DNA of 64,000 bases. Source: an uncultured Gammaproteobacteria bacterium (GTDB lineage: Bacteria; Patescibacteriota; Microgenomatia; CAYQLK01). Made by a program: the position numbers and the translations under genes. The stretch covers positions 530,736-594,735 of the forward strand of contig CAYOLO010000001.1 of assembly GCA_964404855.1 (NCBI GenBank). Direction: 5' to 3'. Under the pieces are notes generated by a model. It was given only the letters and a program-made list of their open reading frames with translations, did no database searches and was not told where the DNA came from. How positions within the stretch are numbered: position 1 is the first letter of the stretch; the number at the start of each line of letters is the position of its first letter. This document shows, piece after piece, positions 28,461 through 38,644 of this stretch.

Positions 28461-31400
28461 TTAGTTAGTTAGTCCTCCTAGGAATCCAAATATTTGACTA
28501 AGGTTGCTGATAACAAGATTTAGTGCGTTATCAGTTGCCTTGGGTGTGATTGTGACAGTGTCGATGGAATTACCAACATTAGCAGCTGAGTCTTTTGATA
28601 ATGCTCTTAAGTGATAAACCTTCGATGGTGATAATCCAGATATAACAACTAAATGGTTGGTTGTCCTTGAAGTGTCCTCTTGAGTTTTTTGAGAATATGT
28701 CGTGCCTGTTCCCTCACCAAATTCGACTTGGCTGGTTGATGCCTCATCGGTGTTCCAGCTGATAACAAGTTGGGCTGTCGCTTCTTGATTATTGTTGCCT
28801 GCCGTAGTTGACCCTTCAATGTTAAGTTCCGTAATTTGAGGTGCTCTGGTGTCTGTAGCAGTTGTGACCTTTTGAGGTTCAGAGACTGCTTCGTTGCCTG
28901 CTTTGTCTCTGCCTTTGACCAGAAGTGTGTAGTTGGTTTGAGGAAGCAGGTTTTTGATTATCATTTTGTGTTCTCCGGTAATTAAGGCTATGTTGATTTC
29001 GTCTTTGGCATCCGATGGGGAGTTTTCTGGATAGTAAGTGACGATAGATGAAGTATCAGTATTAGTAGACCATGTGACGAGCAAGGTCGATTGGGCTGTT
29101 CCATTGACTTGCTGTACTCTAACATTGGCAATTTTGGGTCTAGGAAGAGTTTCGAAACTGAGAATATTTCCTTCATATTCAGCTGACTCTGTGTCTAGGG
29201 TGTTAATCTTGTAAAAATACTTTGTACCGTCTTCTAGTTCTTCTAGCTCGGTATTGTAAGTGGTTGAAACAGTCGAAGTCGAAATTTCTTTCACTCCGCC
29301 AAATGCTGAGGTTTTGCCATAGTAAATTTTGGCTTTGCTTGCACCAGTAACCGTAAATTCCAGAATCGCAGAGGTAAGAGAGGAGGATTTTACTTTTGGA
29401 TCGGTAACCGTTGGAGCGGGTTCGGTGGTAAAAGTTTTTTCCGCACTAAATCCGGTATTTCCATCTTCGTCAGTCCACTTGGCTTTGTAGTAGTAAGTGG
29501 TACCTGGCGTTAGATTGGTGATATTGATTGTGTGAGCGGTCACTTGGGTTGAATTACTAGGTTCTTCAGAAAAATATGATCCAGATGCTGTTCCGTAGCT
29601 GACTTTGGAGTCGCTGGTTCTGTCCGTTGACCAGGTAATCGTTGCTTTTTTGGTAGTTACACTGGTACTGACTGGACCAGATGATAGCGCTGGGGCGTCG
29701 GTGAATTTGCCGGTTGGTATTAAATCAACGGCTGAAGTGTAAGCACCACAATTGCTAACACTGTCACAGGCTCTGACTTTGTAATAATGAGCTGCTTGCG
29801 TGAGTCCCGTGTCGACATAAGCAATACCAGATGTTGTGGCGATTTCAGTATAGGTAACATCGTCAGTTGAGTGAAAAATTTCGTAATTTTCAATCCCAGA
29901 TCCAACATCGCTTGGAGCTTCCCAGCTGATTGCAAGTTTCCAAGAGCTTGTGCTTTTGACAGAAACGTCTGCAATATCAATGTTACCTGGAATGCCTGGT
30001 GCTGAAGTGTTGGCGGTAAAAGTTACAGAAGCATAAACTCCGTAGTTAATGACACCTCCAAGGTCTTCGGGATTTTTTGCAGAAACATAAAACGTATTTA
30101 ATCCTTGTTGTGTGGCAAACGAGTCAGCGGAAAGAGACGTTGCCCCTGCACTGGTGAAGGTACAAGAATTTTCTGATGGTAGCGTGTTGACTGTATAGCA
30201 ATATGTCAGGTCGGATGCGCTACCTGAGTAGCTACTTGGTGCCTGCCATGAGAAGCCAAAAGAGTTGGTGGTGTTGGTCGATGGGGTGGCGGTAAGCAAC
30301 TGAGGAGCTGAAGGTCCTTCGCCTGCGAAATAATAGTTGACGGTTACACAAGCGCTGGCGGTATTGCCCGCATTATCGACGGTTCTTAGGTAGAAAATAT
30401 TTGCACTGCTTCCTTCGAGGTATGCTGCATCAGGAATGTTGACGGAGTTGGAGGTAGTAGAGGTCCATCCGGAAACACTGCTGCAGTTGGCGCTACTTGC
30501 GCCGGTTTGATATTGGTAACCAAACGATCCGCCGCTTAGTCCGGAGTGTGCGTCACTTGCTCCGCCTTCGGCGCCGGCGGCTGCCCAAGAGAATGTAAAG
30601 TCATTGGTTGTTGCGAATCCTGCTGGATTGACCGATACAAGCGATGGGTTGGTTGGAGATGTGGAGTCGTATTTATATATGAAGGCAGCGTAAATACTTG
30701 AGGTGTTGCCAGCATTATCTGCAGATTTGATTCTCAGGTAGTATGTGGTTCCGCTACTCATTCCACTTGCTGTATAAGTTGTGCCTGCTTGAAAACTGCC
30801 AGCAGTTTGAGGATCAGCGGTATTGTCGGTTCCGTAATATACGTAATATCCGGAAACACCAGATCCGCCGGTGTCTGTTGCGCCACTCCAACTAAAGTAA
30901 GGACCTGTGTGTTTGTACCAAGTGTTAGTTGTAATTGAGGACCCACCTGATTGGTTGAGTGCCGTTAGTGTGTCGGGTGGTGTTGGCGCTGTGCTATCGG
31001 CTGTGGCGGTAAGAGTGACCGAATTAAGGGTAACTAGTTGATTGCCGTTTCCGTCTAGTACGCCTTGCCAGACAAAACCTCCTGTGCTTACTGGAAATGT
31101 GGAGATATTGGTGTTAATCACAGCTGCTGTATTTGTTTGACTTGTTGAGTTACTGGTAACCCATCCCGAGTTGTAATATTTCCAAGTTGATCCGTTGTCG
31201 TTACTAAGTCTGTAGGTGATTGTGCCTCCGTTTGTAGTTTCGTCTGCAGTAAATCCATCCCAAGAAAGAATTCCAGAAGTTCCATAAGCTGTAGTTGGTT
31301 TGACTGTTTGAGCTGAAGCGGTATATGGGGTGGTATTGAACTCGGTTCTTCTGATATTGCTGATTCTGACTTCGTCGATTCGGCCGTCAAGAAAACCCTG

Positions 31401-34400
31401 ACCAATCCCAGTTTCGTTGCCGCCAAACTTCGTACCAATTAATACTGGATGTGCTGTATCAAGAAGTGTTAAAGATGTTGATAAAGAATTATCAAGCACC
31501 CCGTCGATATACAATCGCATTGTTGTTCCGTCGTATGTAGCTGCAATGTGATGCCAGTTAGTATCCTGAGAAGATGTTGTTGATTGCAAAACAGAGTTGT
31601 TTCCGTAAGCCCAAATAGTGGCATCTGCGTTTGCGGTGTCGCCAAGACCTGCATAAAGCTTGCCTTTATAAACTGACATAGAGGCTACACTTTCATTGAC
31701 TGTGGCCCAACCATTATTGAGGCTATCTCCACCGACTTTAACCCAGCTTGAATCATTCCAGCGCCAGACTTCACCATCACCAGCGGTTAAACCTAAGCCG
31801 GCATATAGATCGCCATTGTAAACAGTTAAATTACGGACTCTTTCGTATGTTGCAGCTGTCCAACTATTATTAAGCCCATCGCCACCGACTTGTGTCCAAA
31901 TTCCACTTGAGGTAGTGTATTTCCAAACTTCTGCGTCGTCAGCGGTAAGGCCAAGTCCAACATATAATCCACCATTGTAGGGGACTAATTGTTCAATTCT
32001 TTCATAAACAGTGTTCCAACTGGAGTTAAGGCCGTCGCCACCCATTTTGGTCCAGCCACTAGTTACTGTGCAACTCCCAATTGTACAGGTCCAAACTTCA
32101 GCATCGCCGGCTGTTATACCGAGACCAACATATAAACTATTTCCATAGACTGCCATACTAATAACTTGTTCAAAACCAGCTGCCCAGCTTTGTCCGCCGG
32201 TGCCTGTGCCATCTCCTCCAATTTTGGCCCAAGTGTCAGCTGTGCCATCGTATGCCCAAACTTCGGCTTCTCCGGCGGTGTCGCCAAGACCAGCAATTAG
32301 TTTGTCGCCGGCAACAGCCAGGGATCGGACATTGTCATAGTTAGTTGTCCAGCCTAACTTAAGACTGTCTCCGCCGATTTGAGACCAGACTGTACCGTTC
32401 CATTTCCAAACTTCGGCTTCGTTGGCTGATAATCCTAAAGCAACATACAGATCTCCGCGATAATCGATCATATGGTTAACGATTTCGTAGGTGTTAGCTG
32501 CCCAGCTAGAGTTGAGACCTTGCCCGCCAATCCTTGTCCAGCTTGTACCGTCATATCGCCAAACTAAAGCATTACCTGCTGTACTTAATCCAGTGCCAGC
32601 ATATAAATAGCTACCGGAAATTGTCATTGTTTCAACACTTTGCAGGTTGGTATAACCCCAAGAGTTGTTGATATAGTTACCACCGATTCTGTTCCATATT
32701 GAACCATTGAATCGCCAAACTTCACCGGATGTGGCTGTACCCTGAAGTCCGACATAAACGTTACTATCAAAAACAGTGATTGTTCTGATATTGGTGTGAG
32801 TGTTGGTAAAACCAAGAGCAGTTCCGTCGCCAGTTCCGTCACCACCGATTTTTGCCCAGGTTGTACAAGTTGCAGCAGTACAACTCCAAACTTCGTTGTC
32901 TCCAGCCGTATTACCTAATCCAGCATAAAGCGTTGATCCTGAAATTGTCACCGTCCAGACTTGTTCATAGGTTGTGTCTGCCCAACTAGAGTTAGTTCCG
33001 TCACCACCGATTTTTGTCCAGGTGGTACAACTACTTGTAGTGTCGCATCTCCAAACTTCGGCTTCTCCGGCGGCACTGTTTCCAATACCTGCAAAAAGAT
33101 AAGTCCCATCATTAGCAAGAGAAGTAACAATTTCATAAGTTGCGTCTGCCCAACTAGAGTTAATCGCATCTCCGCCTATTCTGGTCCAAGTTGAACCTCC
33201 CCATCGCCAAACTTCAGCATCGCCAGCACTATCTCCCAATCCAATGTGTAATGTGGTGCCAACGACCGTCATACTCCTGACGGCTTCGAAGTTGGTGTTC
33301 CAGCCTGAGTTCAGGTTGTCTCCGCCGATTTTTGTCCAACCAGATGTAACAGTACAGCTGCCGATTGTACAGCTCCAAACTTCGGCATCGTTTGCGCTTG
33401 ATCCTAGACCGGCGTAGAGTGTGGTCCCTGAAACGGCTAAAGCAGAAACATATTCGTATGTATTAGTTGCCCAGCTTTGGCCAGCTGATCCGCTTCCATC
33501 TCCACCGATTTTTGTCCAGGTTGAGCCGTTGTATTGCCAAACTTCACCTTCCCCTGCAGTAAGTCCTAGTCCAACAAAAAGGTTAGTTCCGTCAGTTGCC
33601 ATAGCATAAACTTCGTCATAGGTGGCATTGGTCCAGCTAGAGTTGATTCCATCTCCGCCAATCATGGACCAGACTGTACCATCCCACATCCAGACTTCTG
33701 CATCAGACTGCCCATTACCTAATCCAACATACAAGTCACCACTAATTTCGACTGATGATTCCACAATTAATTTACCGTTAAGATCCCAGCTTGCACTGCC
33801 GTTCATTTCGGTTCCAGTTGATATTCCGCCAGCCACCTGTGTCCAGCTGTCAGCATTACTTGGTGCTAATTCGTAGGTAAGTTTACCTTGAACTCTATCG
33901 TAGTAGAGCTGGTACTCGCCTTTATCGATAATGCCTTGGCGCTGTTGATTTGAGTTAGCGGAATATGCAGTATCCAGCTTGACCCAGGCTTCGAGGGTGT
34001 GAGACTGTGACAAAGATAGTGAGGTTGAGTCAGATACTGAGACATTACTTAGTGCCCCATTAAATTCGATTGAGTTATTGAGGTTCCCAGTAGTGTATGT
34101 TGCATTACTTGCTGTGGCTGCATTGGCATTTGAACTAGAATCGACAGGATTGCCAGAACTTTCATCAAAGTGAAAAAGAGCGGCAGTATTTGCGTCTGAG
34201 GCGTAGTTTTGGACTGCAAGTTTGGCACTATTGCCGGAAACGGTGATCATATTAGAGTCAGAAAGAGTGTAATCTCCCCCAACTGAAAAATCCCATTCTT
34301 GAGTAAGATCAGAGGCAAAAATTTTAGGAATAATTGTGTTGAGAGTTGTGTAAGCTCCAAATCCAAAACCAATACCAATACAAATTACTCCAAAAAGGTT

Positions 34401-34598
34401 GAACTGCCATTTGGCAATCGTAATTTTTTTCGTAAACAGAGTCTTGATTGTTTGAGGGTTTTTATTGATAACTGCGTTGCCAAGTTTTGGGATTAGGAAG
34501 AATGTTTTTGAAAAATGGTTTTTGGTACTAATTTTGAGGCCAAAAGTTTTGGACTGGGCTGGTTTATTTTTAATGTGGTTTATCGAGTCGTTAGTCAT
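28461..34598 (-). CDS. giant (2045 aa) signal-anchored cell-surface protein with LamG-like domains, a tandem-repeat array and FN3 domains
   Basis: TM at aa ~67-89. ConA/LamG_3-like region (ALFHFDE...TLEAWVKLD...QGIIDKG). ~14 tandem repeats of VW.W.G..W..IGGDG.NSSW...YE.V......LY.GLG.TAGDAE. Second LamG-like segment (...RLYIDGVLDNS...FLDGRIDEVRISN). At least 6 FN3-like modules. Confidence 0.8.
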   Translation of the reverse strand: MTNDSINHIKNKPAQSKTFGLKISTKNHFSKTFFLIPKLGNAVINKNPQTIKTLFTKKITIAKWQFNLFGVICIGIGFGFGAYTTLNTIIPKIFASDLTQEWDFSVGGDYTLSDSNMITVSGNSAKLAVQNYASDANTAALFHFDESSGNPVDSSSNANAATASNATYTTGNLNNSIEFNGALSNVSVSDSTSLSLSQSHTLEAWVKLDTAYSANSNQQRQGIIDKGEYQLYYDRVQGKLTYELAPSNADSWTQVAGGISTGTEMNGSASWDLNGKLIVESSVEISGDLYVGLGNGQSDAEVWMWDGTVWSMIGGDGINSSWTNATYDEVYAMATDGTNLFVGLGLTAGEGEVWQYNGSTWTKIGGDGSGSAGQSWATNTYEYVSALAVSGTTLYAGLGSSANDAEVWSCTIGSCTVTSGWTKIGGDNLNSGWNTNFEAVRSMTVVGTTLHIGLGDSAGDAEVWRWGGSTWTRIGGDAINSSWADATYEIVTSLANDGTYLFAGIGNSAAGEAEVWRCDTTSSCTTWTKIGGDGTNSSWADTTYEQVWTVTISGSTLYAGLGNTAGDNEVWSCTAATCTTWAKIGGDGTGDGTALGFTNTHTNIRTITVFDSNVYVGLQGTATSGEVWRFNGSIWNRIGGNYINNSWGYTNLQSVETMTISGSYLYAGTGLSTAGNALVWRYDGTSWTRIGGQGLNSSWAANTYEIVNHMIDYRGDLYVALGLSANEAEVWKWNGTVWSQIGGDSLKLGWTTNYDNVRSLAVAGDKLIAGLGDTAGEAEVWAYDGTADTWAKIGGDGTGTGGQSWAAGFEQVISMAVYGNSLYVGLGITAGDAEVWTCTIGSCTVTSGWTKMGGDGLNSSWNTVYERIEQLVPYNGGLYVGLGLTADDAEVWKYTTSSGIWTQVGGDGLNNSWTAATYERVRNLTVYNGDLYAGLGLTAGDGEVWRWNDSSWVKVGGDSLNNGWATVNESVASMSVYKGKLYAGLGDTANADATIWAYGNNSVLQSTTSSQDTNWHHIAATYDGTTMRLYIDGVLDNSLSTSLTLLDTAHPVLIGTKFGGNETGIGQGFLDGRIDEVRISNIRRTEFNTTPYTASAQTVKPTTAYGTSGILSWDGFTADETTNGGTITYRLSNDNGSTWKYYNSGWVTSNSTSQTNTAAVINTNISTFPVSTGGFVWQGVLDGNGNQLVTLNSVTLTATADSTAPTPPDTLTALNQSGGSSITTNTWYKHTGPYFSWSGATDTGGSGVSGYYVYYGTDNTADPQTAGSFQAGTTYTASGMSSGTTYYLRIKSADNAGNTSSIYAAFIYKYDSTSPTNPSLVSVNPAGFATTNDFTFSWAAAGAEGGASDAHSGLSGGSFGYQYQTGASSANCSSVSGWTSTTSNSVNIPDAAYLEGSSANIFYLRTVDNAGNTASACVTVNYYFAGEGPSAPQLLTATPSTNTTNSFGFSWQAPSSYSGSASDLTYCYTVNTLPSENSCTFTSAGATSLSADSFATQQGLNTFYVSAKNPEDLGGVINYGVYASVTFTANTSAPGIPGNIDIADVSVKSTSSWKLAISWEAPSDVGSGIENYEIFHSTDDVTYTEIATTSGIAYVDTGLTQAAHYYKVRACDSVSNCGAYTSAVDLIPTGKFTDAPALSSGPVSTSVTTKKATITWSTDRTSDSKVSYGTASGSYFSEEPSNSTQVTAHTINITNLTPGTTYYYKAKWTDEDGNTGFSAEKTFTTEPAPTVTDPKVKSSSLTSAILEFTVTGASKAKIYYGKTSAFGGVKEISTSTVSTTYNTELEELEDGTKYFYKINTLDTESAEYEGNILSFETLPRPKIANVRVQQVNGTAQSTLLVTWSTNTDTSSIVTYYPENSPSDAKDEINIALITGEHKMIIKNLLPQTNYTLLVKGRDKAGNEAVSEPQKVTTATDTRAPQITELNIEGSTTAGNNNQEATAQLVISWNTDEASTSQVEFGEGTGTTYSQKTQEDTSRTTNHLVVISGLSPSKVYHLRALSKDSAANVGNSIDTVTITPKATDNALNLVISNLSQIFGFLGGLTN
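31570..33850 (-). repeat. tandem coding repeats (~156 nt / 52 aa, about 14 copies) inside the giant gene
   Basis: Periodic protein motif VW(R/K)W.G..W..IGGD..NSSW....YE.V......LY.GLG.TAGDAE read from the translation. Coordinates are approximate. Confidence 0.6.
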
Positions 34599-34812
34599 AA
34601 AGTCAACCCAATAAGATTTGGGCAGATTTAATGTAGGAAATGTTAAAAAAATACAAAGAAGCCCAACACAACCCTACATAATTGTGTCGAGAAATCTACG
34701 CAAAACTCTATCTCCATTATATATACTCGTCCTAGCTGATGTCTATGTTATTCCAATAATTTAAAGATATTTTTGTATTACTTGTAATTAATTTTGTTAG
34801 TATTTAAAAGTT

Positions 34813-35994
34813 ATGTTCAAAAATAATCGTAATTTATTAGTTATCGCCGTAATTGCTTTTGTTAATGCATTAGGTTATGGGATTATTATTCCAATAATGT
34901 ATAGCTATTCTCAAAAGTTTGGACTATCTGATTTTGAAAGTGGTTTGTTGTTTGCTCTTTTTTCTTTTTGTTCTTTTATTTCAACACCCTTTATTGGCAG
35001 ATTATCAGACAAATATGGTCGCAAGCCACTTCTTATGGTCTCAATTACAGGTACTGCGGTCTCTTTTTTTATGGCGGCTTTTGCACCTAATGCAATTTTT
35101 TTGTTTTTAGCTCGGGCATTAGATGGAATTACAGCAGGTAATATTCCAGTAGCAGCTGCAGTGATTTCTGACACAACAGAACCAAAGGATAGGGCTAAAG
35201 GGTTTGGAATAATTGGTGCGTCTTTTGGTTTTGGCTTTGTGTTTGGCCCTGCTATTTCTGCTTTAACCTTAGGATTTGGTGACCATGTACCATTTTTAAT
35301 AGCAGGAATAATTTCAGTCGGTGCAGTAATCCTAACTGGAATTATTTTGCCAGAAACGAATAAACACATTGGAGAGGTAGCCAAGGGGAGAATTTTTGAC
35401 ATGGTCAAATTAGTTAAAGCACTAACTGATGACAAGGTCGGGCTGACATTATTAATTTCGTTTTTGATTAATTTGGCATTTGGAATGTTTATCTTTGCAT
35501 TCCAGCCATTTAGTGTAAAAGTGATAGGTTTAGAAGCAACACAGATTTCAATTATTTTTACCGTTTTTGGTGTAGTAGGTTTAATTGCGCAAGCTTTAAT
35601 TGTTGCTCGTGTTACTAAAAGATTTGGAGACAAAATTACTTTGAGATCTTCACTTTTTTTGTCGGCTATAGGGTTTGTCGGTTATATGTTTACAAGTGAC
35701 TTGTACGGCTTAATTTTTGTTTCAATTATATTAGCTCTAGCTAATTCGTTTAATGCCCCACTTATTCAAACTATTCTTTCAAAAGAAACAGATGCAAAAA
35801 GCCAAGGTACGATTCAGGGGCTGAATGCAGCATATGTAAGTCTTGGAACGGTTTTTGGTCCAATTATTGCTGGAGTGATTGCAACTTTAGCTATTCCATT
35901 GCCTTTTCTGGCAGGCGGTATAGTTATGTTCGTCAGTTGTTTGTTGTCGTTTAAGGTGCTTAAAAAGGGTGTGGGTAAAGAGTCAGCCTTTTGA
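34813..35994 (+). CDS. MFS transporter
   Basis: 12 TM. Motif A GRLSDKYGRKPLL. Confidence 0.85.
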   Translation: MFKNNRNLLVIAVIAFVNALGYGIIIPIMYSYSQKFGLSDFESGLLFALFSFCSFISTPFIGRLSDKYGRKPLLMVSITGTAVSFFMAAFAPNAIFLFLARALDGITAGNIPVAAAVISDTTEPKDRAKGFGIIGASFGFGFVFGPAISALTLGFGDHVPFLIAGIISVGAVILTGIILPETNKHIGEVAKGRIFDMVKLVKALTDDKVGLTLLISFLINLAFGMFIFAFQPFSVKVIGLEATQISIIFTVFGVVGLIAQALIVARVTKRFGDKITLRSSLFLSAIGFVGYMFTSDLYGLIFVSIILALANSFNAPLIQTILSKETDAKSQGTIQGLNAAYVSLGTVFGPIIAGVIATLAIPLPFLAGGIVMFVSCLLSFKVLKKGVGKESAF

Positions 35995-36080
35995 TTTATT
36001 TATCCGGTAGCAAATGTTTATAACTTATAGTAAAATGGGTCAATCGCAGCTATAAAAGGCGGCGATTTTTTATTGCGATT

Positions 36081-37907
36081 ATGGATACAAAGAATATTAG
36101 AAATATAGCGGTTATTGCACACGTTGATCACGGCAAAACTACTTTGGTTGATGGTTTGTTAAAACAAGCCAAGGTTTTTCGTGAAAATGAGCAAGAATTT
36201 GCGATGAGTACAATTCTTGACAGAAATGATTTAGAGCGTGAGCGTGGTATTACGATTCTTTCCAAGGTTGCTTCAGTTACTCGGGGAGAAATTAAAATTA
36301 ACATTATCGATACGCCGGGACATGCTGATTTTGGAGGAGAAGTGGAACGTGTACTTAATATGGCTGAAGGAGCTTTGTTAATCGTTGATGCTCAAGAGGG
36401 TCCAATGCCGCAGACAAAATTTGTATTAAAAAAAGCATTTGAGCTTGATCTAAAAGTTATTGTTGTAATCAATAAAATTGACAAAAGAGATGCAAGAGTT
36501 AGTGAAGTCGAAAAAGAAGTTGAAAATTTGTTTTTGGAATTAGCAACAGATGATGCGCATTTAGACTATCCTCTTCTCTACGCTATAGGTCGTGATGAAA
36601 AGGCATGGACAAAGATGCCAAATGATTTTAATGAACCAGCAGATCTGTCAGTTTTGTTTGAAAAAGTAGTTGAATATATTCCTCACCCTAAAGGAGAACT
36701 AGATCAACCATTCGGAATGGTTATTACTGATTTGGATTTTGATAATTTTAATGGAAAATATGTGATTGGAAAAATAAGTTCGGGAAAAGTTTCAAAAGGA
36801 ATGAGATTAGTTTTGAGAGGAAGAGACGGAAAAGAGACAGGATTTAATGCAGTAAAAGTAATGGTTTATGAAGGGTTGGGGAGGATTGAGGCGACTGAGG
36901 CAATTGTAGGTGACATTGTTGCCATAACTGGAATTGATGGAAAGATTGGGGATGCAGTGATCGAGTCTGGAATGAAGGTTGTTTTGCCGGAAATTAATAT
37001 TGAAGAACCTACCTTAAAAGTTACATTAGGTGTAAACACTTCGCCTTTTTCTGGTCGTGAGGGTAAATATTCAACATCAAGACAAATCGGAGAAAGATTA
37101 AAAAAAGAGTTAGAGGTTAACTTGGCGTTAAGAGTTGAAGAATTAACAAGTGGAAATGAGTTTTTATTATCTGGTCGAGGCGAATTGCATCTGTCGATTT
37201 TGATGGAAAATTTGAGGCGTGAAGGGTTTGAATTTCAAGTTGGTAAACCAGAAGTTGTGTTAAAAGAAGAAAATGGTTCGAAACTTGAGCCTGTTGAAGA
37301 AGTAACGATTGATGTTGCTGATGAGTATGTTGGGGCTGTTACTAGTGAAATGTCAAAAAGGCGTGCAATACTGGCTGACATGCAGCCTGACCATAAAGGA
37401 AATACGAGACTAAAATTTACTTTGACTACAAGAGGAACCTTAGGTCTTAGAAATGCGCTGTTATCTCAAACAAGAGGTACTGCAATTGTTAATACAATTT
37501 TTGATTCTTGGCAGCCATTAGGAGCTGAACTTCCTAAGCTTAGAAGCGGAGTATTGATAGCTTCCGAAGGTGGAAAAGCTGTGACTTATGGGTTAAATAA
37601 TGCGCAACAAAGAGGAATTACCTTTATTGATCCACAGACAGAGGTTTATGAAGGGATGATTATTGGACAAAATCCTAGAGAGGAAGATATAGAAATTAAT
37701 GTAACAAAAGAGAAGAAACTAACTAATGTTAGGTCTTCAACTTCTGATATTTCCGTAATACTTACACCTTCGAAGAAGATGAGTTTGGAAGAGTGTTTAA
37801 ACTTCTTGGAGGCTGATGAATTGTTGGAAATAACACCCGATAATTTAAGACTAAGAAAGAGGTTTTTAACTCAGAACGAGAGATCAAAGGCTCGAACTAG
37901 GCTTTAA
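36081..37907 (+). CDS. typA: translational GTPase TypA/BipA
   Basis: AHVDHGKTTLVD, DTPGHADF, NKIDK. 608 aa and collinear with BipA. Confidence 0.9.
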   Translation: MDTKNIRNIAVIAHVDHGKTTLVDGLLKQAKVFRENEQEFAMSTILDRNDLERERGITILSKVASVTRGEIKINIIDTPGHADFGGEVERVLNMAEGALLIVDAQEGPMPQTKFVLKKAFELDLKVIVVINKIDKRDARVSEVEKEVENLFLELATDDAHLDYPLLYAIGRDEKAWTKMPNDFNEPADLSVLFEKVVEYIPHPKGELDQPFGMVITDLDFDNFNGKYVIGKISSGKVSKGMRLVLRGRDGKETGFNAVKVMVYEGLGRIEATEAIVGDIVAITGIDGKIGDAVIESGMKVVLPEINIEEPTLKVTLGVNTSPFSGREGKYSTSRQIGERLKKELEVNLALRVEELTSGNEFLLSGRGELHLSILMENLRREGFEFQVGKPEVVLKEENGSKLEPVEEVTIDVADEYVGAVTSEMSKRRAILADMQPDHKGNTRLKFTLTTRGTLGLRNALLSQTRGTAIVNTIFDSWQPLGAELPKLRSGVLIASEGGKAVTYGLNNAQQRGITFIDPQTEVYEGMIIGQNPREEDIEINVTKEKKLTNVRSSTSDISVILTPSKKMSLEECLNFLEADELLEITPDNLRLRKRFLTQNERSKARTRL

Positions 37908-37912
37908 TTTAA

Positions 37913-38605
37913 TTACTCAAATATTTTTGGATCGATTTCTTTAACTTCTCCTGCTTTTATTTTTAAATCGGATAATTTTAGAGGACCGATACTTGTTCTA
38001 ATAAGGCGAGTAACCTTGATATTAAAATAGCTAAACATTTGTCTGATTTGTCTTTTTTTTCCTTCAGTTAAAATTATTCTATAGGTTTTTGGTGCAACCT
38101 TAGTAATAATAACTGGTTTGGTGACATATCCAGATTCTATTTTGACACCTGTTTTGAAAATATGTAACTGCCTTGATTCAAGTTCGTAGCTTACAACCAC
38201 TTCATATTCTTTTTGTTTTTCATATTTTGGATGAGTTAGTTTTTGTGATAAATCACCGTCGTTTGTAAGAATAAGTAAACCTTCTGACTCATAGTCCAAT
38301 CTTCCAACTGGGAAAAGTCGTGATTTTGCGTATTTTTGAGGAATAAAGTCAACGATTGTTTTACGGTCAAAAGGATCATCTAAGGTCGTTAAAACTTGGC
38401 GAGGTTTATACAAAACTAAATATGTAGGTTGAGAGGTAAATGTAACAACTTTATTATTTATAGCTACTTTGTCGCCTAGTTTTACAACTGCATTAAAGTT
38501 AAGCTCTTTTTTTCCATTGATTGACACCTCGCCATTTTTGACATGGGTAAATATTTTTCTTCGCGATAACTGGGTTGCTCCAGCAATAAACTTATGCAAA
38601 TACAT
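37913..38605 (-). CDS. rRNA pseudouridine synthase, RsuA/RluB family
   Basis: N-terminal S4 domain. Catalytic RLDYESEGLLILTNDG. Confidence 0.8.
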   Translation of the reverse strand: MYLHKFIAGATQLSRRKIFTHVKNGEVSINGKKELNFNAVVKLGDKVAINNKVVTFTSQPTYLVLYKPRQVLTTLDDPFDRKTIVDFIPQKYAKSRLFPVGRLDYESEGLLILTNDGDLSQKLTHPKYEKQKEYEVVVSYELESRQLHIFKTGVKIESGYVTKPVIITKVAPKTYRIILTEGKKRQIRQMFSYFNIKVTRLIRTSIGPLKLSDLKIKAGEVKEIDPKIFE

Positions 38606-38644
38606 TGAGTGATTATATCCTATTTTGATAAATTACAGGTTGTA

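Noticed and set aside
34911-35633. 240-aa antisense ORF inside the MFS gene. Likewise 61556-62023 inside rfbF, 63631-63999 inside rmlC/oxidoreductase, 9601-9858, 10024-10275, 10936-11250, 11316-11591, 11798-12189, 22249-22659, 22936-23252, 23685-23993, 24519-24917, 25710-26102, and the many 60-100-aa ORFs inside the giant gene
   Set aside because: Each lies opposite or inside a gene with clear family motifs. They have low-complexity translations and no SD. They are frequent in GC-rich patches where stops are rare.
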